NCBI GenBank assembly: GCA_036149055.1
Contig: JAYZQJ010000131.1
Span: 1-20,081 of the forward strand
Source of the DNA: Myxococcota bacterium
GTDB lineage: Bacteria > Myxococcota_A > Polyangia > Polyangiales > Sandaracinaceae
Direction of reading: 5' to 3'
Length of the DNA: 20,081 nt
Shown here: positions 1-12,472 of the stretch, in pieces
Layout of the letters: each line of letters starts with the position of its first letter
Position numbering within the stretch: position 1 is the stretch's first letter
The notes under the pieces: model-generated
The model's database searches: none
Told to the model about the DNA's origin: nothing
The model's input: the letters and a program-made list of their open reading frames with translations, nothing else
Program-made: the position numbers and the translations under genes

Positions 1-2
1 GC

Positions 3-575
3 GGAGGCGGCGGCGACGGAGCCGGGGCCGGCGGCGGCGCGGGCGCCCTCATCGTGCTCGGGGCGCTCGAAGCCGCGGGCGGGACGCTGCGGGCGGCCGG
101 AGGCGACGGCACCCTGGACGGCGGCGGCGGCGCGGGCGGGGCCTGGTGGGTCGCGGCCGCGAGCGGCGAGGCCCCGGCGGTGGACCTCGCGGGCGGCGCC
201 GGCGCGGGCCTCGGGGGCGCGGGCGGAGAGGGCGCCGCGGGGGTCGAGGCCCCCGGCGCCCTCGGCGTCGACCTCGGCGCGCTGCCGGCGATCACCTCCG
301 ACGCGAGCTGGACCCTGACCGGCGCGGCCGCACCCGGCGCGCGGGTCTTCGTCGAGCGCGCGGACGACGACGCGCGGGTCGAGGCCACGGCCGACGACGC
401 CGGCGCGTTCTCGGTGACGCTGACCCTGAGCCCCGGCCTGAACCGGTTCCGCGTCTACTTCGACGCGGGCGACGGCGAGCGGCGGAGCTGGGTCGGCACC
501 AGCATCGAGCAGGAGCGGCGCGGATCGGACGTGCTACCGACCGGCGCCCTCGTCGACGTCGCCTTCGTCCCCTGA
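3..575 (+). CDS. 5'-truncated glycine-rich, probably exported protein with a C-terminal Ig-like beta-sandwich segment
   Basis: The frame is open from base 3 (GGGGDGAGAGGGAGALIVLG...) to TGA at 573-575. Gly-rich repeats (GGDG, GGGGAGG) are followed by 'WTLTGAAAPGARVFVE...ATADDAGAFSVTLTLSPGLNRFRV', a pattern typical of bacterial Ig-like domains. The start lies outside the window. Confidence 0.65.
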   Translation, partial: GGGGDGAGAGGGAGALIVLGALEAAGGTLRAAGGDGTLDGGGGAGGAWWVAAASGEAPAVDLAGGAGAGLGGAGGEGAAGVEAPGALGVDLGALPAITSDASWTLTGAAAPGARVFVERADDDARVEATADDAGAFSVTLTLSPGLNRFRVYFDAGDGERRSWVGTSIEQERRGSDVLPTGALVDVAFVP

Positions 576-1199
576 GCGCGCCGCCTCCGCGGTCACCAGC
601 TCACCGTCGCGCAGGAAGCGGCGGAGGCTGAAGCGGATGCGCTGGCCCTGGGTCTCGTCGAAGAAGGGCGGCACGTCGCCGCGCTCGTAGCTCATCACGT
701 TGCCGGGCACGTCGGAGTGGCCGTTGCCGAAGTAGTGGCCGAGCTCGTGGGCCAGCACGGTGGGCCCGGCGATCGACGAGACGATCACGAAGTGCGCGCC
801 CTCCGGGTACTCCTCGCCGCGCGGGCGCCAGTGCACGCCCTGACGGAAGCGCTCCGGCTCGTCGACGTCGCGGAGCGACTGCACGAGGAAGGCGTCGACG
901 CGCTGCGGGTGGAGGAGGCGGCCGAGGTGGTGGCGGTCGCGCCGGTTCTCGAGCCGGGCGTGGCGCGCGTCGACGGAGTTGCGCGCGTGCACCTCGAAGG
1001 CGACCCCGTGCGGGCGGAAGAGGGCGTTGGCGTTCTCGACCTGCTCCCGGATCCAGCGCCTCGAGACCACCGGGCGGCCGTCGACCTCGACCGTGTTGAT
1101 CACGAGGGGGAGGGTGGTGACCGCGCGCTGCCCGGCGGCCTCGGCGCCCAGGACGGACAGCGCGAGGCAGGCGAGCGCGCCGACGAGGAGCTTCTTCAT
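534..1199 (-). CDS. Secreted metzincin-type zinc metalloprotease
   Basis: Signal peptide MKKLLVGALACLALSVLGAEA. Zinc motif HELGHYFGNGH (HExxHxxGxxH, 717-749) is followed by the Met-turn NVMSY. The ATG overlaps the upstream gene's TGA (ATGA, 1196-1199). Confidence 0.85.
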   Translation of the reverse strand: MKKLLVGALACLALSVLGAEAAGQRAVTTLPLVINTVEVDGRPVVSRRWIREQVENANALFRPHGVAFEVHARNSVDARHARLENRRDRHHLGRLLHPQRVDAFLVQSLRDVDEPERFRQGVHWRPRGEEYPEGAHFVIVSSIAGPTVLAHELGHYFGNGHSDVPGNVMSYERGDVPPFFDETQGQRIRFSLRRFLRDGELVTAEAARSGDEGDVDEGAGR

Positions 1200-2104
1200 T
1201 CGGCGATCTCCGGCAGGGCGGGGCCGGGGCCGAGGGCGCCGACGTGCTCCTCGCCGTTCATGCGCCAGTAGGGCGCGCGCTCCACCCGGGCGAGGCGATA
1301 GAAGCCGCCGTCGGCCCGATCCCAGCGCACGAGGGTGTGCGGCGCGGCGGCGTCGAAGTGGAAGACGTCACGGTCCTCGCCCCGGGTCACGGTGACCGGG
1401 ATCGCCTCGAAGCTGCCGGCGGGGACCTCGACCGCGGTCGGGGCGCCCACCTCGACCGTCGCGTCGACCGTGGTCGGCGGGGCGGTGTGGCTCGAGAGCT
1501 GCGCCGGGACCAGCCGGACGCTCCGCGCGCCGGTGCGGGTGAGATCGAGGCCGCGGAGCCAGACGGGCAGGGCGTCCTCGAGCACCACGTCCTCGCCGAG
1601 GTCGACGGGGTGGGCCCGGTCGCCCTCGGCGCCGAAGTAGCTCGAGGAGCGCAGGGTGGGCCGGGCGCTCCGGACCTCCATGCGGGTGTGGGTGATGCCG
1701 CACCACTCCTGGCTGCTGGTCACGAGCTTGACCGGTCGGAGCGAGTCGCGGCGCACGAACACGCTCGCCATCTGGCGGTACGTGTAGACCCCGGTCGGCG
1801 TCGTCCGCACGTGGTTGAGCTTCAGCACCTCGAGGGTGTTCGCGGGCGGGACCGGGCCGTCGGCCTTCACGAGCGCGTCCGCGTCGAAGGTCTCCTTCAC
1901 CACGATCAGGGTGGCCCAGCCGGCGCGCATCGTCCCGTAGCGGGGCTCCTGGATCGCGTAGCTCGCGACCTCCGCGTTGCCGTCGTCCCAGAGGGGCTGG
2001 CGGAAGGTGTCGCTCTCGGCCGCCGCGCCCGCCGGTCCGAGGTCGGCCGGGGCCTCGCAGGAGAGGAGCGCGAGGGCGAGGGCGGCGGTCGACAGGCGGC
2101 GCAT
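1196..2104 (-). CDS. Uncharacterised lipoprotein (302 aa, beta-rich, SSQEWCG motif)
   Basis: ATG at 2104 gives MRRLSTAALALALLSC (lipobox LLSC). The longer ORF-track start at 2287 overlaps the divergent regulator. Blocks 'W..G.AE..Y...RYG..R.G', 'VLKLN', 'TGVYTY' and 'SSQEWCG' look like a conserved hypothetical family (recalled, not searched). Confidence 0.75.
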   Translation of the reverse strand: MRRLSTAALALALLSCEAPADLGPAGAAAESDTFRQPLWDDGNAEVASYAIQEPRYGTMRAGWATLIVVKETFDADALVKADGPVPPANTLEVLKLNHVRTTPTGVYTYRQMASVFVRRDSLRPVKLVTSSQEWCGITHTRMEVRSARPTLRSSSYFGAEGDRAHPVDLGEDVVLEDALPVWLRGLDLTRTGARSVRLVPAQLSSHTAPPTTVDATVEVGAPTAVEVPAGSFEAIPVTVTRGEDRDVFHFDAAAPHTLVRWDRADGGFYRLARVERAPYWRMNGEEHVGALGPGPALPEIAE

Positions 2105-2143
2105 GAGCTGGACTTGGCACCGAAGCGGCCTGGCAGCCAGTGC

Positions 2144-2173
2144 TTGACCCGGGCGGGGCCCGCCAGCCAAAAC
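2144..2173 (+). promoter_or_regulatory. Possible sigma70-type promoter for the regulator/channel operon
   Basis: TTGACC (2144-2149), 18 nt, then a weak -10 CAAAAC (2168-2173) ending 7 nt before the ATG at 2181. The palindrome GGCGGG-G-CCCGCC (2152-2164) lies in the spacer. Confidence 0.3.
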
Positions 2174-2180
2174 CCGTGAG

Positions 2181-2737
<557 letters not shown>

Positions 2738-2741
<4 letters not shown>

Positions 2742-5245
2742 GAGCCGCCCGCAGGAACGGCCTGATCGATCGGCTCGGCGTCCTGGTCGAGTCGCGCACG
2801 GTCCGGACGTGCCTCGTCGTCCTGATCATCCTCTCGGTGCTGCCCTACGCGAGCCTCGAAGAGATGCTGCGGCCGCTCTTCCTCGCCGCGTTCGGGGCCG
2901 AGCTCCTGATCCGAGTGCCGCTCTTGATACGGCGGCGGCGCCGCGGAGAGGTCAGCTTCGGGGAGCTCGCCTTCCTGCTCATCGACTTCGCCGCGTTCCT
3001 GAGCTTCCTGCCGCTCGAGGAGATCTTCCATCGCCACTTCGACTGGCTGGTCTTCATGCGGCTCAGCCGGCTCGTGGTGCTGCTCCGCTTCGCCAAGGAG
3101 CTGGCGTCGGACCTCTACTCCATCCTGACCCGGCGCGAGCAGCTCCAGCAGTTCGGCCTCGTCACCGTCGCGGTGGCGGCGCTGGCCTTCGTCAGCGCGG
3201 TGGTGCTCAGCCAGCTCGACATCGGGCACGACTACGACGGCACGCCGAACCCGAACGAGGGGTTCTGGGACCGGCTCTGGTGGTCCTTCCGGCAGCTCGA
3301 GAGCGCCGACAACCTGGTCGCCAACCTGCACGTGCACCCGGTGGTCGGCGTGCTGAGCCTCGGGCTGACCATCACCGGCGTCTTCATCGTCGCGTTCGTC
3401 ATCGGTATCGGCGCCAACGTGGTGGAGCAGGTCGTGCGCGCCGAGCGACGCCGCCGGGTCGGCTACACCGGCCACACGATCGTGATCGGCCCGATCCACG
3501 AGTCCGAGGTGCTCGTCCGGGAATTCGTCCGCATCTACACGAAGAACCGGCGCGATCTTCGAGACCAGCTGAGCAAGATCTGGCTCTGGCTCGCGGCGGG
3601 CGCGGCCGCGCCTCGGGCCTGGCGCCTGCCCCGGATGGCGCTCCTCGGCCCCGACGACGAGCCGCCGCCGGTGCTCTACGAGCCGGGCATGCGCTGGGTG
3701 GTCTACCGGCAGGGGGACGGAACCGACGCCCAGGCCCTCGAGCGCATCGGAGCTTCGGCCGCCAAGCGTGCGATCTTGCTGGCGAACCCGGCGGCCGGCC
3801 GAGACGCGGACGCGATCACGGTGGCCAGCCTCGCCGCGCTCCGCGAGGTCAACCCGCACGCCCACGTCTACGTCGAGCTGCTCAGCAGCTGGAACTACAG
3901 CACCCTCATCGCGCTCGGGGAGGGCAACCGCGTCTTCCCGCTCGACGTCCCGTGGTTCCTGGGGCTCTTCATGCTCCATCACCTCGTCGTGCCTGGGGTC
4001 GAGCGCCTCTATCAGCTGCTGCTGACCGCCGAGGGCTCGGAGATGTACTCCCACGTCTACCTCCAGGAGTCGGAGCTGCGGGAGCTGCGGGAGCTCGCCG
4101 ACGAGGACGGGCAGATCTCGGTGTCGCTGCTGAGCGAGGTCGCCGAGGCGCACGACGTGATCCTGGTGGGCCTGTTCATCGGCGACGTCCAGCCGCGGAT
4201 CGGGGTGCACGACCTGATCCCCACCGACGGGCTGGTGCCGTGGGTGAACCCCAGCGCGCCGCCGGCCGAGGGGCGGGTGAAGCAGCTCCGCGCGTCGGCC
4301 GGCAAGGTCAGCGCCGACCAGCTGCGGGGCGTGATCGCGGTGGGCGACAACTACGCGCCGGTCCGGGCCTACGCGCGCACGCTCACCCAGCACCCGCACC
4401 AGAGCCCGGTCGAGCCGCCGTCCATCGCCTTCGGGACGCCGCGGCCGCCGCCGCGCTCGATCCTGGTGGTCGGCTACGGCGACGCGGTGGCCAGCATCAC
4501 CCAGCGCCTCGCCGGTCTCACGGACGATGCGTTCGTGGTGGTCGCGTTCGACGGCGAGCCGTCCCACGTGCAGCGACTCTCGGCGGTCCTGGAGCGGGCG
4601 GGGGTGCACCTCGAGCGCACCCGCGCCGGCTGCTGGGCGGCGACGCTGGAGCGCGGCGGCAAGCTCGAGGTCCGCTCGGACGAGCACGGCGACGCGATGG
4701 AGACGGCCCTGGCGGCCCTGAAGACGCGGGCGTTCGAGGCGGTGGTGCTGCTCGCGGAGGCGGACGCCGTGGACCCCGACGCCCGGACGATGCTGCGCAT
4801 GATGCGACTCGCCGAGCGGCTGCTCTCCCGGGAGGAGAGCGTGCCGCACGTGCTGGCGGAGCTGGCGAGCGTGGCCAAGGGCGAGCGGGCCCGGGCTCAG
4901 CTCCAGCTGGCCTTCGAGCGCGCCGGGCGAGAGGTGCCGCGGGTGACGCTGGTCAGCACCGAGCAGATCCGAAACTACTTCATGGTCCACAGCGCCTTCG
5001 TGCCGGGCATCAACGAGGTCTACTCGCAGCTGCTCGGGGAGCGCGGCCAGGACCTGGTGCGGCTCCCCCTCCGCGAGGATCGCCCGGTGCGCATGACCGA
5101 CGTCCGGCGGGCCCTCGCGGCGCGCGGCATGATCGCGCTCGGGTTCGAGCGCGAGGACGGCGAGGTGGTGCTCAACCCGCCGGCGCGCGAGCCCTACGCC
5201 GACGTGCGCGCCGTCTTCGCGATCGGAGACGTCGAGACGCTGTGA
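2738..5245 (+). CDS. Putative 6-TM ion channel with tandem RCK domains (CASTOR/POLLUX-like gating ring), 835 aa
   Basis: ATG at 2738 overlaps the regulator's TGA. It has S1-S4-like helices ([30 protein letters not shown]), S5, a pore segment [13 protein letters not shown] and S6. RCK1 motifs: [18 protein letters not shown]...[42 protein letters not shown]2 motifs: [44 protein letters not shown]. Confidence 0.8.
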
Positions 5246-8200
5246 GCCCGAGGGCCAGGGCCAGCCACCCGAGCGAGGGCGCGCCCCCGCCGGCGGCGCG
5301 ACAGCCGCAGCCGCCCTCGGCCATCTCGGTCGGCCCGCCGTCGGCGGTCACGCCTCCGTCGGGCGAGAGCCCGCTCGCGTCGTCCGGGCGAGGCCGGCCG
5401 GCGTCCTCGTCCATCGGCTCCGGCGGCGGATTCACGGTGATCACCACGTCGTCGGTGTCGCTCGCGCTCCCGTCGCTCACCCGCAGCCGGAGGGTGAGCT
5501 CGAGCGGAGCGTCGACCGACGGCGCGGTGAAGGTCGGGGTGTCGCTCGTGGGGTCGTCGAGCTCGATCGTGGCCCCGACCGTGGCCCAGGCGAAGGTGAG
5601 CGCGTCGCCGCCCGGGTCCCGGCTCCCGCTGCCGTCGAGCCTCACCTCGGCGCCCGACTCGACCTCCCGATCGGGGCCGGCGTCGGCGGTGGGCGCGTCG
5701 GCGCAGTCGGCCTCGTCGGGCCCGTAGCCGAGGAAGGGCGGGGGCTCGGCCCCGTCGACCTGGAGGTCGTCGATCTCCCAGCCGGTCGCCCCGGTCGCCT
5801 GATCGGTGCCGATCCGGAAGCGGAAGCGCACCGTCTGGCCGGCGAGCGCGGTCCCGAAGTCGAGGCTGACCGCGTCGGCGTCGGGGTGGCTCGGGTTCTG
5901 GCCGGAGTAGGCCTCCCGGAACGCGAGCGGGTTGTCGGCCCGATCGGTCAGCTCGCCGTCGTACCCGGGCGCGACCCAATCCGAGACGTCGCTCCAGGTC
6001 GCCCCGCCGTCGGTGGACAGCTCGATCACGCCGCCGTCCCACCACGTGCCCGGCTCGGCCTCGAACTCGTAGCGATGCAGGAACGAGAGCACGAGCGGGT
6101 CGGTCGCGCTGGCGGTGACCTCGGGCAGCTCGACCGCGGTGTCGGTGATCGAGCCGGAGTCGAGGCCCCGGAGCGCGTTGCCCGGGCCGCCGAGGCGCGA
6201 CGGCCCCACCGACCAGACCCCGCCGCTCGCGCCGTCGAGCGAGACCTCGGTCACCCAGGTGGGCCCGAGCTCGAAGGTCTCTCGCCGCGCGGGCACCGGG
6301 TCGCGGTCGAGCGCCACCCGGCGCTCGGCCTCCACGTCGTCGCAGAGCGCGTCCCCCGTGACCGTCGCGCGGAGGGTGACCGGCAGGCCCGCGCCCTCGT
6401 TCACCCGCACCGGCACGTCGATCACCTGGCTCGCGCCCGGCGCCAGCTCGCCGATCGGCACGATGAGCCCGCCCGGGAGCTCCACCGCCGCGTCGTCCGC
6501 GCCCATCGCCAGCGAGGCGCCGCGCATCGGCACCACGCCGTCGTTGCGCACCTCGATCCGGGCCCAGCCGTCCTCACCGACGTCGAGCAGGCCGTCCGGA
6601 TCACACGCGAGCCCCGGCCCGTCGGTGTCGACGGTGAAGCTCACGATGACCGGCAGCGGCGCGACCTCGCCGTGCTCGACCACGCCGGTGAGATCGGTGG
6701 AGCCGCGGCTCGGGCTGATGGCGCAGGTGCCGGCGCCGCGACCGGCGAAGGCCTGGGCGATCAGGCGCGCGTCCTCCGCGTCCGTGGCGAGCGCGGCGGC
6801 CACGAGGGCGTCGCGCTGCTCGGTGAACGTCGGGTTGCGCGGCGCGAGCTGCATGCCGACGACGATGTAGCCCGCCATGCGGCGCAGCCCGCCGTCGAAG
6901 TCGTAGGGCGCGCCGGCCGCGCGGCTGCGCTCGAGCAGGGCCACCAGCGCGTCGAACATCATCGTCGCCCAGATCTCGCCCGCGTTGTGGACCTCCGAGT
7001 TGTCGCTCGGCCCCGGACCCACCGGGTGGGTGTCGGGGAGCGCCTCGCCGTCCGAGATGTGGCGGAAGCTCAGCGCGTCGAACGCGCGGTCGACGGAGTA
7101 GGGGACCCGCCGGGTGCCGTAGTAGACCGGCTCGTCGCCGTGGTTCGAGTAGCTGGCGGTCGGGAACGCGCCGCGGAGGTCGTCCCCGGGGCGCAGCCCC
7201 ATCATCACCGAGAGAAAGTCGCCCCAGCCCTCGCTCTCGGCCCGCCCCTGCACGCTGCCGAAGTCGACCAGCCGTCGGTGGAGGTAGTGGCCCCACTCGT
7301 GGGTGACCACCTGGCTGTCGAGGGAGCTCGCCGCGTCCGGGCCCACCGTGCGATGGACCCGCGCCGTGGCCCCGCCGCGGAGGCCGGCGCCGTCGGCCTG
7401 GCTGACCATCAGCGCGCCGATCCCGGCGGTCCCGCCGGTCGAGGTCGACATGTTGGTCGTCCCGGTGCCCCGGTCGTTCACCACGATCACCGCGAGCGCG
7501 CCCGCGGCCTCGGCGTTCTGGACCTTGATCAGGAACGAGCAGCCGCCGCGATCGATCACCGCGATCCGCCCGCTCAGGTCGGCGGCGAGGCTCTCGCAGC
7601 CGTCGGATCCGGTGCCGACGCCGTCGTCGACGACGGTGGTGGGCGCGGTGACGTCGAAGTCGGTGGGGCCGAAGCGCGCGACCCCGACGTCGTAGCTGGC
7701 GCCCGCCGCCTCGACCGCCGCCTCCTCGAAGCCGTCCCAGAGGAACATCTGCATGCGCGGCGACTCGCCGTCCGACGGCGTGCTCATGTTCGCGTTGTTG
7801 CGGCCGGAGTGGTCGAGCGCCTCGGCCCGGAGCACGTCCCCCGCCTCACCGCCGCGGCCGAGGTTGTCGGTCTGCGCGTTGCCCGCCGCCTCGTCGAAGC
7901 CGACGTCGTAGAACCAGTCGTGCAGCCAGTTGTTGACGAAGAACAGGTGGGTGACCGCCGCCTGCTGCTGGCCCACGCCCGCGTCCGGAGGGCGGCTCCC
8001 GTCGAAGGGGTGGTCGAAGACGTTCGCGGAGGTGGTGACCGCGCGCACGTCGCCGTCGTCGAAGCCGTCGGGGGCGACGAGGTCCGCGTAGGCGTCCACG
8101 TTGTTGCCGCGCGTCCAGACGGCGCCGCTCGCGAGCCACGGATCGCGCGGGCCGTTGAAGGCCTCGACCGTGATCATGCCCTGGCCGACGAACGCCGGCA

Positions 8201-9116
8201 GCGGGCCGTCGACCGGGCGCCCGGCGCGGTCGGGCGTCGTGTCCCCGAAGGGGCTGTCCACCGGCGTGAAGGGCGCGCCTTCGTCGGCGAAGACCCGGTA
8301 GGTGTAGTCGTCCCAGTCGGTCAGCTCGCGGCGCATCAGCACCGCTCCGTCCTCGGCCCCGATCACGTAGTCGACGAGGATCCCGCCGCGGGGATCCGGC
8401 ACCCAGAGCTCCACGTGGTGGGCGGGCGCGAGGTGGGTCGGCAGCGGGTAGAGGACGCGCCGGGCGCGCGCGTCGCGGTCCATGTGGAAGCCGCGCGCCG
8501 AGGCGGCCAGCCGGAAGCGCGACCACCCGTCCGGGCGGCCTTGCGCCGCGGTCAGCGCCGGCTCACTGCCGCGGTGACGAGAGGCGCCGAAATGATCGGC
8601 GAGGGCGCGCTGGGTGGCCCGCCGGGCGTCGCTCCGCCAGCGGCCCCGCGTCAGGGTGGGCGAGAGCCGCCCCCCGGCGGCGACCAGCGCGCCCCGCGCG
8701 TCGATCAGGAGGCTGAGCCGGCTCTGGAACACCGGCACGCCGTCCACGCGCTGCTCGAAGATCGCCAGCAGCCCGCCGCCGGGGAGCGCGCGGGTCCGGG
8801 TGAGCGCGGTCGCCTGCAGCGCCGGCCCGCCCACCCCGAAGTGCGGCGCCAGGCGGGCGAGGTGCGCCCAGGCCCGCGCCCGGTCGGAGCGCGCGATCGG
8901 GTCGGCCGGGCCGCGCCCCACGAGGAGCGTGGCCGTCCCGCGCCGCTCGTCCCAGCCGCGGACCGCGAGGCCGTCGAGGGGAGGGCGAGCCAGCGGGCCG
9001 GACATGGGCGCCGCCGCCTCCCACGCGTCGAACGCGCCCCGAAAGGCGGGCTGTGCCGCCGCCACCGACGGCGCCGCCAGCGCCAGGGCGAGCGCGCCCC
9101 AGAGAGCATTCCTCAC
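5172..9116 (-). CDS. Myxosortase-dependent M36 (fungalysin) family metallopeptidase with propeptide, PA domain, PKD/Ig-like domain and MYXO-CTERM
   Basis: GTG at 9116 follows GGAGGT and opens a signal peptide ([22 protein letters not shown]). FTP-like propeptide '[11 protein letters not shown]'. M36 blocks: [47 protein letters not shown] (7287-7301), [17 protein letters not shown] insert '[23 protein letters not shown]'. PKD-like '[24 protein letters not shown]'. C-terminus GGCGC + hydrophobic helix + Arg-rich tail. Confidence 0.93.
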   Translation of the reverse strand: MRNALWGALALALAAPSVAAAQPAFRGAFDAWEAAAPMSGPLARPPLDGLAVRGWDERRGTATLLVGRGPADPIARSDRARAWAHLARLAPHFGVGGPALQATALTRTRALPGGGLLAIFEQRVDGVPVFQSRLSLLIDARGALVAAGGRLSPTLTRGRWRSDARRATQRALADHFGASRHRGSEPALTAAQGRPDGWSRFRLAASARGFHMDRDARARRVLYPLPTHLAPAHHVELWVPDPRGGILVDYVIGAEDGAVLMRRELTDWDDYTYRVFADEGAPFTPVDSPFGDTTPDRAGRPVDGPLPAFVGQGMITVEAFNGPRDPWLASGAVWTRGNNVDAYADLVAPDGFDDGDVRAVTTSANVFDHPFDGSRPPDAGVGQQQAAVTHLFFVNNWLHDWFYDVGFDEAAGNAQTDNLGRGGEAGDVLRAEALDHSGRNNANMSTPSDGESPRMQMFLWDGFEEAAVEAAGASYDVGVARFGPTDFDVTAPTTVVDDGVGTGSDGCESLAADLSGRIAVIDRGGCSFLIKVQNAEAAGALAVIVVNDRGTGTTNMSTSTGGTAGIGALMVSQADGAGLRGGATARVHRTVGPDAASSLDSQVVTHEWGHYLHRRLVDFGSVQGRAESEGWGDFLSVMMGLRPGDDLRGAFPTASYSNHGDEPVYYGTRRVPYSVDRAFDALSFRHISDGEALPDTHPVGPGPSDNSEVHNAGEIWATMMFDALVALLERSRAAGAPYDFDGGLRRMAGYIVVGMQLAPRNPTFTEQRDALVAAALATDAEDARLIAQAFAGRGAGTCAISPSRGSTDLTGVVEHGEVAPLPVIVSFTVDTDGPGLACDPDGLLDVGEDGWARIEVRNDGVVPMRGASLAMGADDAAVELPGGLIVPIGELAPGASQVIDVPVRVNEGAGLPVTLRATVTGDALCDDVEAERRVALDRDPVPARRETFELGPTWVTEVSLDGASGGVWSVGPSRLGGPGNALRGLDSGSITDTAVELPEVTASATDPLVLSFLHRYEFEAEPGTWWDGGVIELSTDGGATWSDVSDWVAPGYDGELTDRADNPLAFREAYSGQNPSHPDADAVSLDFGTALAGQTVRFRFRIGTDQATGATGWEIDDLQVDGAEPPPFLGYGPDEADCADAPTADAGPDREVESGAEVRLDGSGSRDPGGDALTFAWATVGATIELDDPTSDTPTFTAPSVDAPLELTLRLRVSDGSASDTDDVVITVNPPPEPMDEDAGRPRPDDASGLSPDGGVTADGGPTEMAEGGCGCRAAGGGAPSLGWLALALGLTASRRLRSRRRRARRRRARAPAG

Positions 9117-9215
9117 GCAGACCTCCATCCACGGCCCGCGCCCACCCACGCGCGACCGTACGAAATCTGCCCAACGCCGCCGCCGGTGTCCATGGCGTCG
9201 CCGCGATTCGAGGAA

Positions 9216-9791
9216 TCACAATCTGGACAGCTCGTAGGTCAGGGCGGCGAAGAGCTGGGTGAGGACCGCGCTCCCGATCTGGAGGCCGAAGAGGGTCGAG
9301 AGCGCCGGGGCGAAGTCGCCGGTCATGGTGGTCCCCACCGCCGCGCCGAGGGTGGTGCCGACGACCGAGCCGAGCAGGCTGCCGAGGAGGGCGACCCACG
9401 GCAGGCCGCCCGACCGAGTGCGTTCGGCGGCCATCCACACGCCCAGCCCCGCGCCGGTCACCATGCCGGCGTTGATCCCCGCGCCCATGGACAGACTGAA
9501 CCGAACCGTCTCGCAGCTCGGGTCCGGGTCGCCGTCGCAGGTGGCGACCGCGATCCCCCCGGCGGCGGCTCCGAGGACGGCGCCGATCCCCAGGCCGAGG
9601 GACCAGCCGGCCCACGCGCTGCCGTAGAAGGCGCCGAGGCTGCGCGGCGCCGGAGGCGCCTCTTCCGATCCCGAGGCCTCGAGCTCGAGGCGAGGGAGCG
9701 ACGGATCCCCGAGGTGGGAGGCGCTCTGGGCCTCCGCCCGGCTGGCGGCCAGCCCCAGGAGCAGGCTGACCAGCAGGGTTGCGCAGCGCAT
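9216..9791 (-). CDS. Hypothetical membrane protein with signal peptide and glycine-zipper (GxxxG) helices
   Basis: ATG at 9791 gives the signal peptide [22 protein letters not shown]. Four Gly-rich hydrophobic segments follow, with a short Cys-flanked loop ([10 protein letters not shown]). Confidence 0.7.
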   Translation of the reverse strand: MRCATLLVSLLLGLAASRAEAQSASHLGDPSLPRLELEASGSEEAPPAPRSLGAFYGSAWAGWSLGLGIGAVLGAAAGGIAVATCDGDPDPSCETVRFSLSMGAGINAGMVTGAGLGVWMAAERTRSGGLPWVALLGSLLGSVVGTTLGAAVGTTMTGDFAPALSTLFGLQIGSAVLTQLFAALTYELSRL

Positions 9792-9797
9792 GCGCTC

Positions 9798-9826
9798 ATC
9801 GTACTCGGCACCGTTCGTTGCGTCCA
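9798..9826 (-). promoter_or_regulatory. Sigma70-type promoter, probably giving a leaderless transcript
   Basis: Minus strand: TGGACG (9826-9821), 17 nt, TACGAT (9803-9798), then 6 nt to the ATG at 9791. There is no room for a Shine-Dalgarno sequence. Confidence 0.55.
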
Positions 9827-9860
9827 TTGTCGTCGGCGCGCCGGGGGCTCATTGAGGGGC

Positions 9861-11981
<2,121 letters not shown>

Positions 11982-12021
11982 CGCTCCGTTCTGCCTGTCG
12001 GATCGCGCGGCGTGAGCGGCG

Positions 12022-12429
12022 TCTCCGGAGGCGATGCTCGTGGACCGGGCGAACCTGCTCGGCCTGAGCGCGCCGGAGCTCACCGCGCTGGTCGGCGGCC
12101 TCCGGGTCCTGGACACGAACTGGGACGGCTCGCGCCACGGCGTCCTCACCGAGCGCCCGGGCCAGCTCACGAACGACTTCTTCGTGAACCGTTTCGACAT
12201 GGGCGTCCGGTGGTCGAAGGCGGCCGACGGCAGCTTCGAGGCGAAGGACCGGGCGAGCGGCGAGGTCCGGTGGACGGGGACGCGCGTCGACCTGATCTTC
12301 GGCCACGACGGGCACCTCCGGGCGGTCGGCGAGGCGTTCGCGGCCGACGACGGCCACGCGCTGCTCGTCGAGACGTTCGTCCGCGCCTGGGACAAGGTGA
12401 TGCCCGCGCTCTCTTTCGCTGGCGATTAG
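12022..12429 (+). pseudogene. katG: C-terminal remnant (~135 codons) of catalase-peroxidase
   Basis: [30 protein letters not shown]...[20 protein letters not shown]...[11 protein letters not shown]...LRA..E..A.DD....V..FV.AWDKVM matches the extreme C-terminus of KatG. An in-frame TGA lies at 12013-12015, and only ~40 nt separate the remnant from the glgX stop, so the N-terminal heme-binding domain is absent. Confidence 0.85.
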
Positions 12430-12472
12430 TTTACATAATCCATCTTCTGCGAAGTCATGCATGGGAGAGGGC

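Noticed and set aside
1..260. GGC-rich repetitive DNA at the window start
   Set aside because: It is explained by poly-Gly/Ala coding. There is no repeat-spacer structure, so it is not CRISPR, and there is no support for a PE-PGRS or collagen call.
2114..2129. TTGGCAC-N7-GC resembling a sigma54 -24/-12 promoter
   Set aside because: The GG-N10-GC spacing holds, but the -12 element is CGGC rather than TTGC and there is no enhancer-binding protein nearby. Likely chance at this GC content.
4072..4097. Short tandem repeat GGAGCTGCG x2 + GGAGCTCG
   Set aside because: It encodes an in-frame ELRELREL helix within the channel and is too short for a VNTR or phase-variation tract.
11989..12021. Possible further katG similarity upstream of the fragment (Phe spaced like 'FRNY...SPE')
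   Set aside because: Only one residue matches and the stretch contains a stop codon, so it cannot be distinguished from chance.
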